Shown in pieces: positions 1 to 9,691 of a DNA stretch of 44,393 nucleotides; position 1 is the first letter of the stretch; each line of letters begins with the position of its first letter. Under the pieces are notes generated by a model. The model was not told the DNA's origin and ran no database searches. It saw only the letters and a list, made by a program, of their open reading frames with translations. This stretch comes from Salinibacter sp. GTDB taxonomy: Bacteria; Bacteroidota; Rhodothermia; Rhodothermales; Salinibacteraceae. The position numbers were made by a program, and so were the translations under genes. The stretch is taken from positions 1-44,393 of the forward strand of contig JBDGQM010000056.1 in the NCBI GenBank assembly GCA_042219065.1, given 5' to 3'.

Positions 1-1344
1 CAGGCCCAGCACACAACGGTCCTGCGGGGCGGGCGCCTGTTCGACGCCACGGACACGACCCTCACGGACAATCCGGGGCTGGTCGTGCGGGCCGGAAAAA
101 TCATGGCGCGCGGCGCCACGAGCCTCGACACCACCGGGGCCCGTATTGTGCAGCTTGACGACGAGCACGTCATTTTGCCGGGCCTGGTCGACCTGCACGC
201 CCACTACGCAGTGGACTTCTTTGGGGCGGGACGGGTGGAAGAGACGGAGGGCTACCCTCGGCTTTATCTCGCCAACGGGGCCACTACCACCTTCACGACC
301 GGCGAGATGAAGCCGGAAAAGATGCGCCGGGTGCGCCGGGCCATCGATCGCGGCGACCGGATCGGTCCCCGCATTCTCACGTCCGGACCCTACTTTGGCA
401 AGGCGCGACCGGGCTGGGACACGACCCGCACCCCCGCCAGCATTCGCCGGGAGGTCGACAAGTGGGCCGCCCGCGGGGTGCACCACTTCAAGGCCAAGCG
501 CCTCCAGGCCGATCTGCTGCGGGCCCTCATCGACCAGGCGCACCGGCACGACGCCACCGTGACGGGGCACCTGGGCTCCGGCTACGGCCCGAGCGTCAAC
601 CCGCGCACGGCCATCAACATGGGCATCGACCGCATCGAGCACTTTCTGGGCGGCGATCAGCTGCCCGACAGCGTCCGGGCGTACGAGTCGCTTCCGACGG
701 CGACCCCGGACGCCCCGGCGTTTGACCGCATCACCCGGCACTTCCAGCGGCACGAGGTCTTTTTCGATGCCACCATCACGGCCTACGGCTATTACGGCAC
801 CCGGGCCTCCGAGATCTACCGCGACTGGCCGAACGCGCAGCAGTACTTCACCCCGTACCTGCGGTCTGTGCTCACCGAGGACGATTACCAGGAGCCCATC
901 CAGCGCTTCCAGCGGATCTTTAAGGTCAAGCTCGACCGCATCAAGGCCTTCTACGACGCCGGAGCGGGCGACCACATCACGCTGGGCACCGATCACCCGA
1001 GCTGGGGGGAGTTTCTGGCCCCGTTCGGCGTGCATCGCGAACTGCAGGCGTTCGTGAGGGCCGGGATTCCGGAGGCCGCGGCGCTCCGCATTGCGACAAT
1101 CAACGGCGCCCGGGCGCTCCGCATGAGCGACCGGATCGGGACCGTCGAGGTGGGCAAGAGTGCGGATCTGTTCGTCGTCCGGGGCAACCCGCTGGCCGAC
1201 ATCCGTAACACGCGCAACGTCGAGTGGGTGATGACGCGGGGGGACCTCCACCGGGCCGGGGCGCTCCGCGAGGCGGCACAGGGGACGGTGGGTCCCGACA
1301 ATGCCGCCGAGGCCGACGCGTTCAAGCCGGACGCCTCTCGATAG
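1..1344 (+). CDS. Amidohydrolase family protein (5' end outside the window)
   Basis: Frame open from base 1 (QAQHTTVLRGGRLFD); ILPGLVDLHAH metal motif, GHL, IEH, LGTD, ATINGARAL, GTVEVGKSADL. Confidence 0.9.
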   Translation, partial: QAQHTTVLRGGRLFDATDTTLTDNPGLVVRAGKIMARGATSLDTTGARIVQLDDEHVILPGLVDLHAHYAVDFFGAGRVEETEGYPRLYLANGATTTFTTGEMKPEKMRRVRRAIDRGDRIGPRILTSGPYFGKARPGWDTTRTPASIRREVDKWAARGVHHFKAKRLQADLLRALIDQAHRHDATVTGHLGSGYGPSVNPRTAINMGIDRIEHFLGGDQLPDSVRAYESLPTATPDAPAFDRITRHFQRHEVFFDATITAYGYYGTRASEIYRDWPNAQQYFTPYLRSVLTEDDYQEPIQRFQRIFKVKLDRIKAFYDAGAGDHITLGTDHPSWGEFLAPFGVHRELQAFVRAGIPEAAALRIATINGARALRMSDRIGTVEVGKSADLFVVRGNPLADIRNTRNVEWVMTRGDLHRAGALREAAQGTVGPDNAAEADAFKPDASR

Positions 1345-1417
1345 TTCGGAGCGATTCCATCAAGTCTCTACCTGGGCGGCCCCAGGCACCCGTTCTCGGC
1401 CGGGGGAAAGCGAGAGG

Positions 1418-1672
1418 CTACCACTGCTCGTAGTGGTCGACGATCTCGTTCAGGTTGTCGTGCTCCCCCTCGATGATGCCGACCACAAAAAGGCCGGTTT
1501 CATTTTCGAGCTGCGCGAGGGCGTCGGCGTCGGGAGGGCGTCGTCCTTCGGTCTTGATGAAGGTGTCCTGGATGGCCTTTTCGGCGGCGTCGGAGGGGGT
1601 GTCGGCCGTGGCGACGGCGGAGAAGGGGTCGAAGCCGTCTTTTTCGAAGCCAATAATCGTGTAGGTGGGCAT
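1418..1672 (-). CDS. Small acidic hypothetical protein (84 aa)
   Basis: ATG start, D/E-rich composition like the rest of the proteome; no family recognised. Confidence 0.65.
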   Translation of the reverse strand: MPTYTIIGFEKDGFDPFSAVATADTPSDAAEKAIQDTFIKTEGRRPPDADALAQLENETGLFVVGIIEGEHDNLNEIVDHYEQW

Positions 1673-1828
1673 GGTGTGGGAGGCGCCGGATCAGGAAGAG
1701 CGGAAGTGCGAACGCAAGCCGTCGACTCCCAATGCGCGTGGCCCGTCGCCGTTTCTTACGCTCCGCGTAGGGACGAGCGTGCGAGACGAAACGTTCGGGA
1801 AAGAGACGCAAAAATCGAGTGTCGGCAT

Positions 1829-1862
1829 AAAAAGAGCCCGGACCCCCACCAAGAGACCGGGC
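1829..1862 (-). terminator. Rho-independent terminator
   Basis: Minus strand GCCCGG..CCGGGC stem extended by G-U pairs, followed by TCTTTTT. Confidence 0.6.
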
Positions 1863-2046
1863 CTTGGGAGAAATGCGTCCCAACGAGAAATGCGTGCGGT
1901 AGACACATAGCCTGGGGGGAATCTAACGTCGTTTTTCGTTTCTTAATATCGGTGCCGTGCTGGATTCAGGCTCAGGGGATTGACGGGACCCGGCAGATCG
2001 GAACTGTTTGTGTGACACGGGCTTTCGGAGTCCTTTTGCCCTTCGA

Positions 2047-2835
2047 TCAGGAGCCGAGCCACTCGTACAGCAGGATGCCCCCGGCAACGGCCACGTTGAG
2101 TGATTCGGCCGCGGGCCGATTGGGGGCGCCGGGCAGGGACACGGGGGTGTCGAGGCGATCGAGGACGGCGGCGCTGAGGCCGTGCGCCTCGCTGCCCAGC
2201 GCGAGGACGGAGGGACGAGTCGGTTGCCAGGCATCGGCCTGAACGCCCTGGAGGTCGGCGCCGTAGAGGGCGGCGTCCTGGCGGCGCAGGCGGTCGAGAA
2301 GCGGGCCGAGATCGTCGGCGCGGGACAGGGGGAGGGCCCAGTGGCTCCCGGCCGCCGCGCGCATCACTTTGGGGCCGTACAGTCCGGCTGTGCCGGGCCC
2401 CGCCACGACCACATCCGCGCCAAACCACGCCGCCGTTCGCAGGAGGGTGCCCGCGTTCCCCGGGTCCTGCACGCCGTCGAGCAGAAGGAGCGTGCCGGTC
2501 GCGCCGAGGTGCTCCGGCACCGCGTCGGGGGCAGTGAGGCGGCGCTCCACCACGGCGACGAGGCCCTGCGGGGTCTCCACGTCGGTGATGTCCGCCATCG
2601 TGTCGGGATCGGTCTCGAATACGGGGACCGAGAGCCGGTCGAGCAGGGGACGCACGGCCGGATCGTTCAGGGCGTCGGCGGTGACGACGGCTTCCACGAG
2701 GGGAGCGTCCGCGTCGAGGGCGGCCTGCAGGGTTCGGGGGCCCTCAATGAGCGTCCGGTCGTGGCGTCGGCGCCCCCGGCGGCGGGTAAGGGCGGCGATG
2801 GCCTTGCGGCGACGGTTGGACAGCGGCTCGGGCAT
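2047..2835 (-). CDS. TrmH/SpoU family RNA 2'-O-methyltransferase
   Basis: SPOUT motifs QDPGNAGTLLRTA, LGSEAHG, ESLNVAVAGGI; start placed at MPEPLS. Confidence 0.92.
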   Translation of the reverse strand: MPEPLSNRRRKAIAALTRRRGRRRHDRTLIEGPRTLQAALDADAPLVEAVVTADALNDPAVRPLLDRLSVPVFETDPDTMADITDVETPQGLVAVVERRLTAPDAVPEHLGATGTLLLLDGVQDPGNAGTLLRTAAWFGADVVVAGPGTAGLYGPKVMRAAAGSHWALPLSRADDLGPLLDRLRRQDAALYGADLQGVQADAWQPTRPSVLALGSEAHGLSAAVLDRLDTPVSLPGAPNRPAAESLNVAVAGGILLYEWLGS

Positions 2836-2926
2836 GGGCCTGCGCGGCAAACAGAAGGGAACGGGCGCTGAAAGGGACGGCGGAGCAACCGGAGCCGACG
2901 CAAATCGTTCAGTCGCAGGAGATTTT

Positions 2927-3097
2927 CCGATGCGTGAGGAACGTCGCACATGGGACGTGCGGACCTCGATCGAGAATGCTCTGGCGGAACGGGATTGAGT
3001 GTGGGAGTGTGGGCGTACGGACGTTTTTCATACCTACATACTCCCACACGCTCATACACCCGGTGGCTTCATCTTCAGGGGGTTCTGCACGGCTCGG
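2927..3097. mobile_element. 171-bp MITE-like element, copy 1
   Basis: Aligns end to end with 28328-28498; imperfect terminal inverted repeats CCGATGCGTGAGGAA / TTCTGCACGGCTCGG; central octamer palindrome. Confidence 0.75.
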
Positions 3098-3368
3098 CAT
3101 GCGCAAGCACGGGACTGGAGGGGGCATGTGCGGGACACAACGGTCTCCGGTTCGTGCACCAATCTACACACGACCGGGGAGAACAAACGCACGTCGAAAC
3201 CTGAAGATGATTCCGGGTTTCCACGCACTCATGGTTCCTCCGGAGAGAAGAACGCGATTGGCAGGGTGTTTAGAAGCTTCCTCACGCACCGGTATCTCTG
3301 TGTTTCCTCGTATCCGTGCCGATTCTGACCCCGGCAGACGCGAGCGGCCCGGCGGGTGGCGTCCTCCG

Positions 3369-5303
3369 ATGGTCGCATGGGGCCTCTTCGGAGTGGCGGC
3401 CCTTCTTCTCGTCTCCTGCGCCAATCCGCAGGCCCCGAGCGGCGGACCCCGGGACACGACGCCGCCCACGGTGGTCGACACCCGTCCGGTGCGCGATACG
3501 GTCAGTGTGTCGACGGACACCGAGGTTCTGCGCATCGAGTTTTCGGAGTACATCGAGCGAAGCAGTTTCTCGCAGGCCCTGTCCGTCACGCCGGCGTTCG
3601 AGCAGCAGCTGCAGTTTGACTGGGGCGGGCGCGCCGTCGGGATCGAGTTTCCGGCGTCGCTGCGGGACAGCACGACCTACATTTTCACGCTCGACACGAA
3701 CCTGAGCGACGCCCACGGCGTCTCGCTCGAGAGCCCCATCACGGTGGCGTTTTCGACGGGCCCGAAGATCAATCGGGGACAGATCGAGGGGCGGGTGGTA
3801 GGGGCCTACCGGGGGCGTCCCAAGCAACAGGTCGACGTGTACGCCTATCTGCTGGCGCCCGACGAGGTCGGTCCCCGCCCTCTGCCGGATCGGCCCCGCT
3901 ACCGCACGCAGACGGGGGAGGAGGGGCGCTTTGGGTTCGACTACATGCGGGAGGCCCGCTACTACGTGATCGCCCTCCGCGACAACAACCGCAACCGCAC
4001 GCCCGATCCCGGGGAGTCGTTCGCCGTGCCGCCACGGCTTGCGCTGCAGGCGGACAGCGGAGCGGGCGCGGTGCCTGTGCCCTGGCTGTTTGCCCAGAGC
4101 GACACCGCGGCGCCCCGCCTGCAGCAGGTGCGACCGGTGAGCCGCCAGCGCGTTCGCCTGGGATTCGACGAGCCGGTACGCCTCCAGACGCGGGCCGCCG
4201 CGGCGTGGGCGCCCCGAGACTCGGTGACGGGAACGCGAGTGGACGTGAAGGGCGTCTACGCGGTGCCCGGCCGGGAGAATGCCGTAGGGGTGCGGACGGC
4301 ACCGATGGAGGAGACGCGCCACGTCTTGCCGCTGGAGCGCGGGGCTGTCACGGACACCGTGGGGCGGCCGCTCGTGCCGGATACGGCGCGCTTCCGGGCC
4401 GCTGCGCGCGAAGACACGATACGCACCCGGTTCCGAGGATTTCTGCCCGCCGACCTTGGGCGCGACTCGACGGGGGCCCGGCCGTTGCTTCCCGGGGTGC
4501 AGCCCGGCGTCCGCTTCAATCAATCGCTGGACAGCACCCAGCGGCGAGCGGGCGTGCGGATTCGTGACACGACCGGCGCCCCCCGGCCCGCCTCGCTCTC
4601 GACGGTCGATGGCATCCGGTACCGGATTCAGTTCGAGTCGCCCCTGTCTCCGGGCCGGTACGTGGACGTAGAAGTGCGGGGAGACGTCTTCGCACGGGCC
4701 GACACGACGTATCGGCGGCGGTTTCGGCGCGTCACGCGCCGGGTCCTCGGCGAACTCGAGGGGCGTGTGCGGGTCGCCGACACGGCGCGGGACGCGGCCT
4801 CTGCGGGCCGGGCAATGGACGACACGACGGCCCTCCGACTGCCCGCCGGCCTCACCGGTCGGGCGGAGGCGGACACACTTACGGTCCCGTCCGTTGATAC
4901 TGCGGCAACGAGTCCCGAGGGCCCACGGGCCCGCCTGGATTCGCTCTTCTACGGCGGGCCCGTGGCAATCGCGCTTGAGCCCGTCGAGTCGTCGGTCCCG
5001 GTGGCGCCCCGTCGGCTGACCACATCGCCCGACAGTACGTTCGTGTTCGATCAGCTCCCGGACGGACAGTATCGATTTCGGGCGTATCTCGACCGCAACG
5101 AGAATGGGCGGTGGGACGTCGGGCAGGTTCAGCCCTACCGCCCGGCCGAGCCGGTGACGTGGCTCGGGGAGCCGGTGGAAGCCCGGCCCCGGTGGACGAC
5201 GGAACTGCCGGCCCCCCTGCGGCTTCCCGTGCTCGCGCCGGTGCCCCGCTCTCAGGAAAGCCCGCCGCCCGACACGACCCGTCCACGTCCGGGCGAGAAC
5301 TGA
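3369..5303 (+). CDS. Lipoprotein with bacterial Ig-like (Big_5) domain
   Basis: Lipobox LVSC followed by ANPQAPSGGPRDTTPP; FSEYI, AFSTG, DRNENGRWD, PAEP motifs of this Bacteroidota family; start codon uncertain. Confidence 0.8.
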   Translation: MVAWGLFGVAALLLVSCANPQAPSGGPRDTTPPTVVDTRPVRDTVSVSTDTEVLRIEFSEYIERSSFSQALSVTPAFEQQLQFDWGGRAVGIEFPASLRDSTTYIFTLDTNLSDAHGVSLESPITVAFSTGPKINRGQIEGRVVGAYRGRPKQQVDVYAYLLAPDEVGPRPLPDRPRYRTQTGEEGRFGFDYMREARYYVIALRDNNRNRTPDPGESFAVPPRLALQADSGAGAVPVPWLFAQSDTAAPRLQQVRPVSRQRVRLGFDEPVRLQTRAAAAWAPRDSVTGTRVDVKGVYAVPGRENAVGVRTAPMEETRHVLPLERGAVTDTVGRPLVPDTARFRAAAREDTIRTRFRGFLPADLGRDSTGARPLLPGVQPGVRFNQSLDSTQRRAGVRIRDTTGAPRPASLSTVDGIRYRIQFESPLSPGRYVDVEVRGDVFARADTTYRRRFRRVTRRVLGELEGRVRVADTARDAASAGRAMDDTTALRLPAGLTGRAEADTLTVPSVDTAATSPEGPRARLDSLFYGGPVAIALEPVESSVPVAPRRLTTSPDSTFVFDQLPDGQYRFRAYLDRNENGRWDVGQVQPYRPAEPVTWLGEPVEARPRWTTELPAPLRLPVLAPVPRSQESPPPDTTRPRPGEN

Positions 5304-5353
5304 GTGCAAATGCCGTTCGCCAACTGTTGCACCGAGCTGTTTTTGCCCACCCT

Positions 5354-6964
5354 ATGACTTCTTCCACGACCGCCCCCTCCTGTCCGCCTGCGCTGACCGC
5401 CGACGCCATGCGGGAGGCCGACCGGTACACCATCGACGAGTACGGCCTTCCCAGCTTTACGCTCATGGAGACGGCCGGGCGCGGGTGTGCCGAGCGCATC
5501 CGGGCCGCCTACGGGCCGATGGCGGACGCGGCCGTCGTGGTGCTCTGTGGGAAGGGCAACAACGGGGGCGACGGGCTGGTGGTGGCACGGCGCCTTCTGA
5601 CGGCCGGGGCCCGGGTGCACGTCGTCCTGACGAGTGCGGAGGAGGCGCTGAGCCCCGACGCGGCGCAGAACCTGTCGCTGCTGCGGCAGCTTGGGGAGCA
5701 GGCGCCGGAGCGACTCACGATGGAGCAGCTTGGAGAGCTTGATGCGCTCACGGAGACGGTACACGCCCTACAGCCTCGGCTCTACGTCGACGCGCTCCTG
5801 GGCACGGGGCTCACGAGCGACGTGCGCGAGCCAATTCGGAGCCTCGTGGAGTGGGTGAACGAGCGGAGCGCGCCCACGGTGGCCATCGACGTGCCCACCG
5901 GGCTCCACAGCGACACCGGGGCGGTGCTCGGGGTGGCGGTGCGCGCGGACCGGACGGCGACGATGGCGGCGTTCAAGGTCGGGCTGCTGGTGGGAGAGGG
6001 ACCGGCGCACGCGGGCGAGGTCGACGTGGTGGAGATCGGCATTCCGTCGTTCGTGCTCGACCGTGTGGCGGCGCAGCCCGGCTGCGTCCGGCAGACGACC
6101 GATGCAGCCGTCCGGCGATGGTGGCCGGAGCGGGCCCGCGACGCGCACAAGTACAGTGCAGGGACGGCGCTCGTGGTGGGCGGCGCGCCGCAGTTTACGG
6201 GGGCGCCGGTCATGGCCGCGAAGGCGGCGGTGCGCAGTGGGGCCGGATACGTAAGCTGCGCCTGTCCGGCGTCGGTCCAGTCGACGCTCGCGGGCGCGCT
6301 GACGACCGTACCCGCTCACCCGCTGCCCACCTCGGAGGGCGATGCCGTCGCGCCGGACGCGGCGCTCGACGCGATGGACGAGTCCCTGGAAACGGCCGAC
6401 GCCGTCCTCGTGGGGCCGGGCCTGGGCCGCGCCCCCCAGACCGAGCAGTTCGTACGACGGCTGGTGCAGACGGTCGACGTGCCCCTCGTCCTCGACGCCG
6501 ACGGCCTGAACGCGCTCGCAGGTCAGGTCGACGAGCTGGCGTCCCACGTGGATGGCCCGTGGATCCTGACGCCTCACGCCGGGGAATTTCGCCGGCTTGT
6601 TGGGAACAAGGTCGACCTCGACGACCGGGTCCGCGCCGCGCAGACGTATGCGGAACGGTGGGGCGCGGTCTGTCTGCTCAAGGGGACGCCGAGCATCGTC
6701 GCGGGGCCGGACGGGCGGACGTACGTCAGCGGCATCACCACGTCGGCCCTTGCGACGGCCGGCACCGGCGACGTGCTGGCGGGCCAGTGCGTCGGGCTGC
6801 TGGCCCAGGGAGTTCCGCCCCTCGAGGCCGCGGCGGCGGCGCTCCACATCGGCGGGGCCGCGGCGGAACGCTACGGGGCCACCCATGATTCGCGCTCCAT
6901 GGCAGCGACCGATCTCCTCGACACGATTCCCCGCGTGGCCGCCGAACGGTTCGCACGTCGGTGA
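5354..6964 (+). CDS. nnr: Bifunctional NAD(P)HX epimerase/dehydratase (NnrE-NnrD)
   Basis: LMETAG, GKGNNGGDG, DALLGTG, DVPTG; then GPGLG, LDADGLN, LTPHAGEF, ATAGTGDVLAG. Confidence 0.95.
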   Translation: MTSSTTAPSCPPALTADAMREADRYTIDEYGLPSFTLMETAGRGCAERIRAAYGPMADAAVVVLCGKGNNGGDGLVVARRLLTAGARVHVVLTSAEEALSPDAAQNLSLLRQLGEQAPERLTMEQLGELDALTETVHALQPRLYVDALLGTGLTSDVREPIRSLVEWVNERSAPTVAIDVPTGLHSDTGAVLGVAVRADRTATMAAFKVGLLVGEGPAHAGEVDVVEIGIPSFVLDRVAAQPGCVRQTTDAAVRRWWPERARDAHKYSAGTALVVGGAPQFTGAPVMAAKAAVRSGAGYVSCACPASVQSTLAGALTTVPAHPLPTSEGDAVAPDAALDAMDESLETADAVLVGPGLGRAPQTEQFVRRLVQTVDVPLVLDADGLNALAGQVDELASHVDGPWILTPHAGEFRRLVGNKVDLDDRVRAAQTYAERWGAVCLLKGTPSIVAGPDGRTYVSGITTSALATAGTGDVLAGQCVGLLAQGVPPLEAAAAALHIGGAAAERYGATHDSRSMAATDLLDTIPRVAAERFARR

Positions 6965-6976
6965 CGCCCGAACAGC

Positions 6977-7031
6977 TAAGTAGACCCGAACAAGTACCTA
7001 GTGGTTTGTCAACCTTGAATGTTGGTATACC
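6977..7031. repeat. Short intergenic element related to the outer shell of 41187-41375
   Basis: TAAGTAGACCCGAacAAGTAC-CTAGTG matches 41185-41205 joined to 41352-41357; right boundary approximate. Confidence 0.5.
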
Positions 7032-7040
7032 TGATTGTCG

Positions 7041-7457
7041 ATGCGTGTTTTCTCCTCGATCAAGACTGTGCACTACCGCCTGCTGGCGGTGCTTTGGACC
7101 GTGGGGATCCTTCTTGCGATGGCCGTTCCGGCGGAGAATCTGCCAGGTACCCAGTCCTTTCTCGGCGTCGACAAGATCGTGCATGCCGTTCTCTTCGCCG
7201 GGTTCGGGGGGCTGTGGCTGCGCGTGCTGTGCCCGCCGGACTACGAGCGGCTGCTCTCGCTCTTCCGGCGCCGCGGTGGCCTCTTTTTCGTGGTCGGGGT
7301 GCTATTTGCGGGGGCGACGGAAGTCTACCAGCACCTTTTGCCGATTCAACGCCTCGCAGACCCGTACGACGTGACGGCCGATCTCGTCGGATTCACCGCT
7401 GCGTTTGTGGGATACTACGTCTATCACGTGCGTCGGGCCGATCGGGCCTCGGCATAG
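7041..7457 (+). CDS. VanZ-like membrane protein
   Basis: DKIVH..LF, TEVYQHLLP.R.AD..D..AD motifs and hydrophobic segments. Confidence 0.85.
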   Translation: MRVFSSIKTVHYRLLAVLWTVGILLAMAVPAENLPGTQSFLGVDKIVHAVLFAGFGGLWLRVLCPPDYERLLSLFRRRGGLFFVVGVLFAGATEVYQHLLPIQRLADPYDVTADLVGFTAAFVGYYVYHVRRADRASA

Positions 7458-7610
7458 GCTGCACGGCACCGTCGTTCTGGGGGGCAGAAAGCCACCCCTG
7501 ATTGAAACATCGAAGAACGTCTTTTGTAACCGAGCCTGCCCAGTAGATGAAGTTGCGGTATGCAGTCGCACAGCAACGCTCGTTTCGTTCCACAACAACG
7601 GTAGTTTCTC

Positions 7611-8270
7611 ATGGCCTTGCGCAAGAAGGATGGTGCGGATCTTCGTAAGCAGTATCCGCTGTACGCACAGATTGGTCTCGTTCTGTCCCTCACACTGCTC
7701 ATTGTGGCCTTCCGGGTCAACATGTCGACGCAGAGCAGCTTCCAGGTGCAGATGGAGGAGCAGGAAACCGTCGACATGAAGCAGATCCAGCAGACTCAAC
7801 AGGAGAAGGAGCCGCCCCCTCCGCCGAAGCCGCCCGTGCCGCAAGAGGTCCCGAACGACGAGGTCATCGAGCAGGATGACGTGGACTTCGACGCCTCGCT
7901 CGACATGGACCAGAAACTGGACGTTGGCGAAGGCCCGCCGAGCGATGACAAAAAAGAGGAGAAAGAGCAGGAGATCTTCATGGTCGTCGAGAATCAGCCG
8001 AAGCTGAAGGGCGGCATGAAGGCCCTTCAAAAATCGGTCGAATACCCCGAGTTTGCGAAGAAGGCCGGAATTGAGGGCCGCGTGATCGTTCAGTTCGTTG
8101 TGGACGAGCAGGGCAACGTGCAGAACCCGAAGGTGACGCGGGGTGTGCACAAGCTTCTGAACAAGGAGGCCATCAAGGCCGTGAAGGAACAGGAATTCAA
8201 GCCTGGCAGGCAGCGCGGCGAGGCGGTGAAGGTCCAGATGTCGCTTCCAGTGACATTCCGGCTTCAGTAG
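7611..8270 (+). CDS. tonB: Energy transducer TonB
   Basis: N-terminal TM helix, poly-Pro linker, YPEFAKKAGIEGRVIVQFVVDEQG C-terminal domain. Confidence 0.93.
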   Translation: MALRKKDGADLRKQYPLYAQIGLVLSLTLLIVAFRVNMSTQSSFQVQMEEQETVDMKQIQQTQQEKEPPPPPKPPVPQEVPNDEVIEQDDVDFDASLDMDQKLDVGEGPPSDDKKEEKEQEIFMVVENQPKLKGGMKALQKSVEYPEFAKKAGIEGRVIVQFVVDEQGNVQNPKVTRGVHKLLNKEAIKAVKEQEFKPGRQRGEAVKVQMSLPVTFRLQ

Positions 8271-8304
8271 CGCCGCACACGCAGGCCATTTTGACAGAAT
8301 TGAG

Positions 8305-8353
8305 CGCGCACCGTGCCCGGCCGCCGTCGGGCCGCGGTGCGCGTTTCGTTTTT
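8305..8353 (+). terminator. Terminator between convergent tonB and rpiA
   Basis: CGCGCACCG..CGGTGCGCG stem followed by TTTCGTTTTT. Confidence 0.65.
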
Positions 8354-8385
8354 GGGACCCGTTCGCCGTGGCGCGACGAGGACCG

Positions 8386-9081
8386 TTACGGCGTCGAGCG
8401 GTGCTCGACCGATCCATCGGGGTGTCCCAGAAGCACGTCGGTTGCCATGTCGAGGAACAGCCCGTGGTCGAGCACGCCGGGACGGGCGCACAACATGCGG
8501 CTCAGGTCGTCCGGGGCCGAGAGGCCGTCGGGGAAGTGGGCGTCGACGATCCAGAGGCCCTGGTCGGACACGACGGGGCCATCTTTCGCTTCGGCTGTGC
8601 GAAGCTCCGGGGAGGCCCCCACGTCCTCGAGCGCCTGCATCACCGGCGTTGCGGCCATCGGAAGCACCTCGACGGGCACCGGAACGTGGGTGCCGAGTCG
8701 GTCGACCTCTTTGGTAGGGTCCACCAGCACGGCGAAGCGATCGGCCTGATGGGCCACCACTTTTTCGCGGGAGTGCGCCCCCCCGCCGCCCTTGATTAAC
8801 CGGAAGGACGCGTCGACCTCGTCGGCCCCGTCGAGCGCGAGGTCGAGCGTCGGATCGTCGTCGAGCGACGTGAGCGGAATGCCATGAGCACGGGCCCGGC
8901 GCTCCGTGGCGAACGAGGTGGGGACGCCCTGCACATCAAGGTCGTCGGTCCGGATACGGCGGCCGAGGAATTCGAGGGCGTGGGCGGTCGTCGAGCCGGA
9001 GCCGAGCCCGAGGCGCATGCCGTCGGACACGAGCGCAACGGCCGCCTCGGCGGCAGCCCGTTTGGCAGCGTCTCGATCCAT
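8386..9081 (-). CDS. rpiA: Ribose-5-phosphate isomerase A
   Basis: GLGSGST, DGADEVD, IKGGGGA..REK, VPVEV. Confidence 0.97.
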   Translation of the reverse strand: MDRDAAKRAAAEAAVALVSDGMRLGLGSGSTTAHALEFLGRRIRTDDLDVQGVPTSFATERRARAHGIPLTSLDDDPTLDLALDGADEVDASFRLIKGGGGAHSREKVVAHQADRFAVLVDPTKEVDRLGTHVPVPVEVLPMAATPVMQALEDVGASPELRTAEAKDGPVVSDQGLWIVDAHFPDGLSAPDDLSRMLCARPGVLDHGLFLDMATDVLLGHPDGSVEHRSTP

Positions 9082-9108
9082 TTGTGTCTATCTTTGGAAA
9101 TTTGGTGT

Positions 9109-9137
9109 GTAGGGACGTCCCGCCGGGACGTCTCTAC
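9109..9137. repeat. GTAG-type REP palindrome
   Basis: GTAGGGACGTCCCGCCGGGACGTCTCTAC, near-perfect hairpin starting with GTAG. Confidence 0.7.
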
Positions 9138-9145
9138 GTGGGTAA

Positions 9146-9643
9146 TCAGGCATCCGCGTCTTCGAAGTCCCATTCGAACCGGAGCCGGTAGTCCTGGTAC
9201 TGGGCGCTGTAGCCGGCCCGGATCACCTCAAAGCCCTCGTCGAGGCCGAGGACCGTCATGCCGGGGTGCTTGTTGGGGAACGTGTCGTACACAAACCGCT
9301 CGTAGCCGCGTTGCTTCACCACGTCGAGCATGGCGTAGAGCAGGGCCCGGGCGATGCCGTTGCGCCGGTGCGCCGGGTGCACGCCGCCCTTGGCGCTGTA
9401 AAAGGTGACCTCGTCGAGCCGGTAGCCCAGCTTGAAGCCCACGTCGGTGCCCCCCGTTTGGGCGAGCAGGATCAACAGATCGTCCCGCTCGAAGGTCTCG
9501 ATGATGTGCGTGTCGTCGAAAATCTCGACGTTGAGGCGGCGAATCGTGTCGAGCCGCTCCAGGCCGACCTCCACGATGTCGAGCGGGACCTTTGCTACCG
9601 CCGTTGCGTCGGGGCCGGCGGATCGGTCGCGTTGAATTTCCAT
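9146..9643 (-). CDS. GNAT family N-acetyltransferase
   Basis: Motif A GVHPAHRRNGIARAL. Confidence 0.85.
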   Translation of the reverse strand: MEIQRDRSAGPDATAVAKVPLDIVEVGLERLDTIRRLNVEIFDDTHIIETFERDDLLILLAQTGGTDVGFKLGYRLDEVTFYSAKGGVHPAHRRNGIARALLYAMLDVVKQRGYERFVYDTFPNKHPGMTVLGLDEGFEVIRAGYSAQYQDYRLRFEWDFEDADA

Positions 9644-9691
9644 GATGCGGCGGGGGCAATGAGACCGGAAGAGCGAGGAACGAGCGGGCGG

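Noticed and set aside
2934-3368. Long N-terminal extensions on the Ig-like gene (also pcrA from 41553, amylosucrase from 38103, helicase from 12067)
   Set aside because: The extensions translate repeats or intergenic DNA; family similarity starts at downstream ATGs
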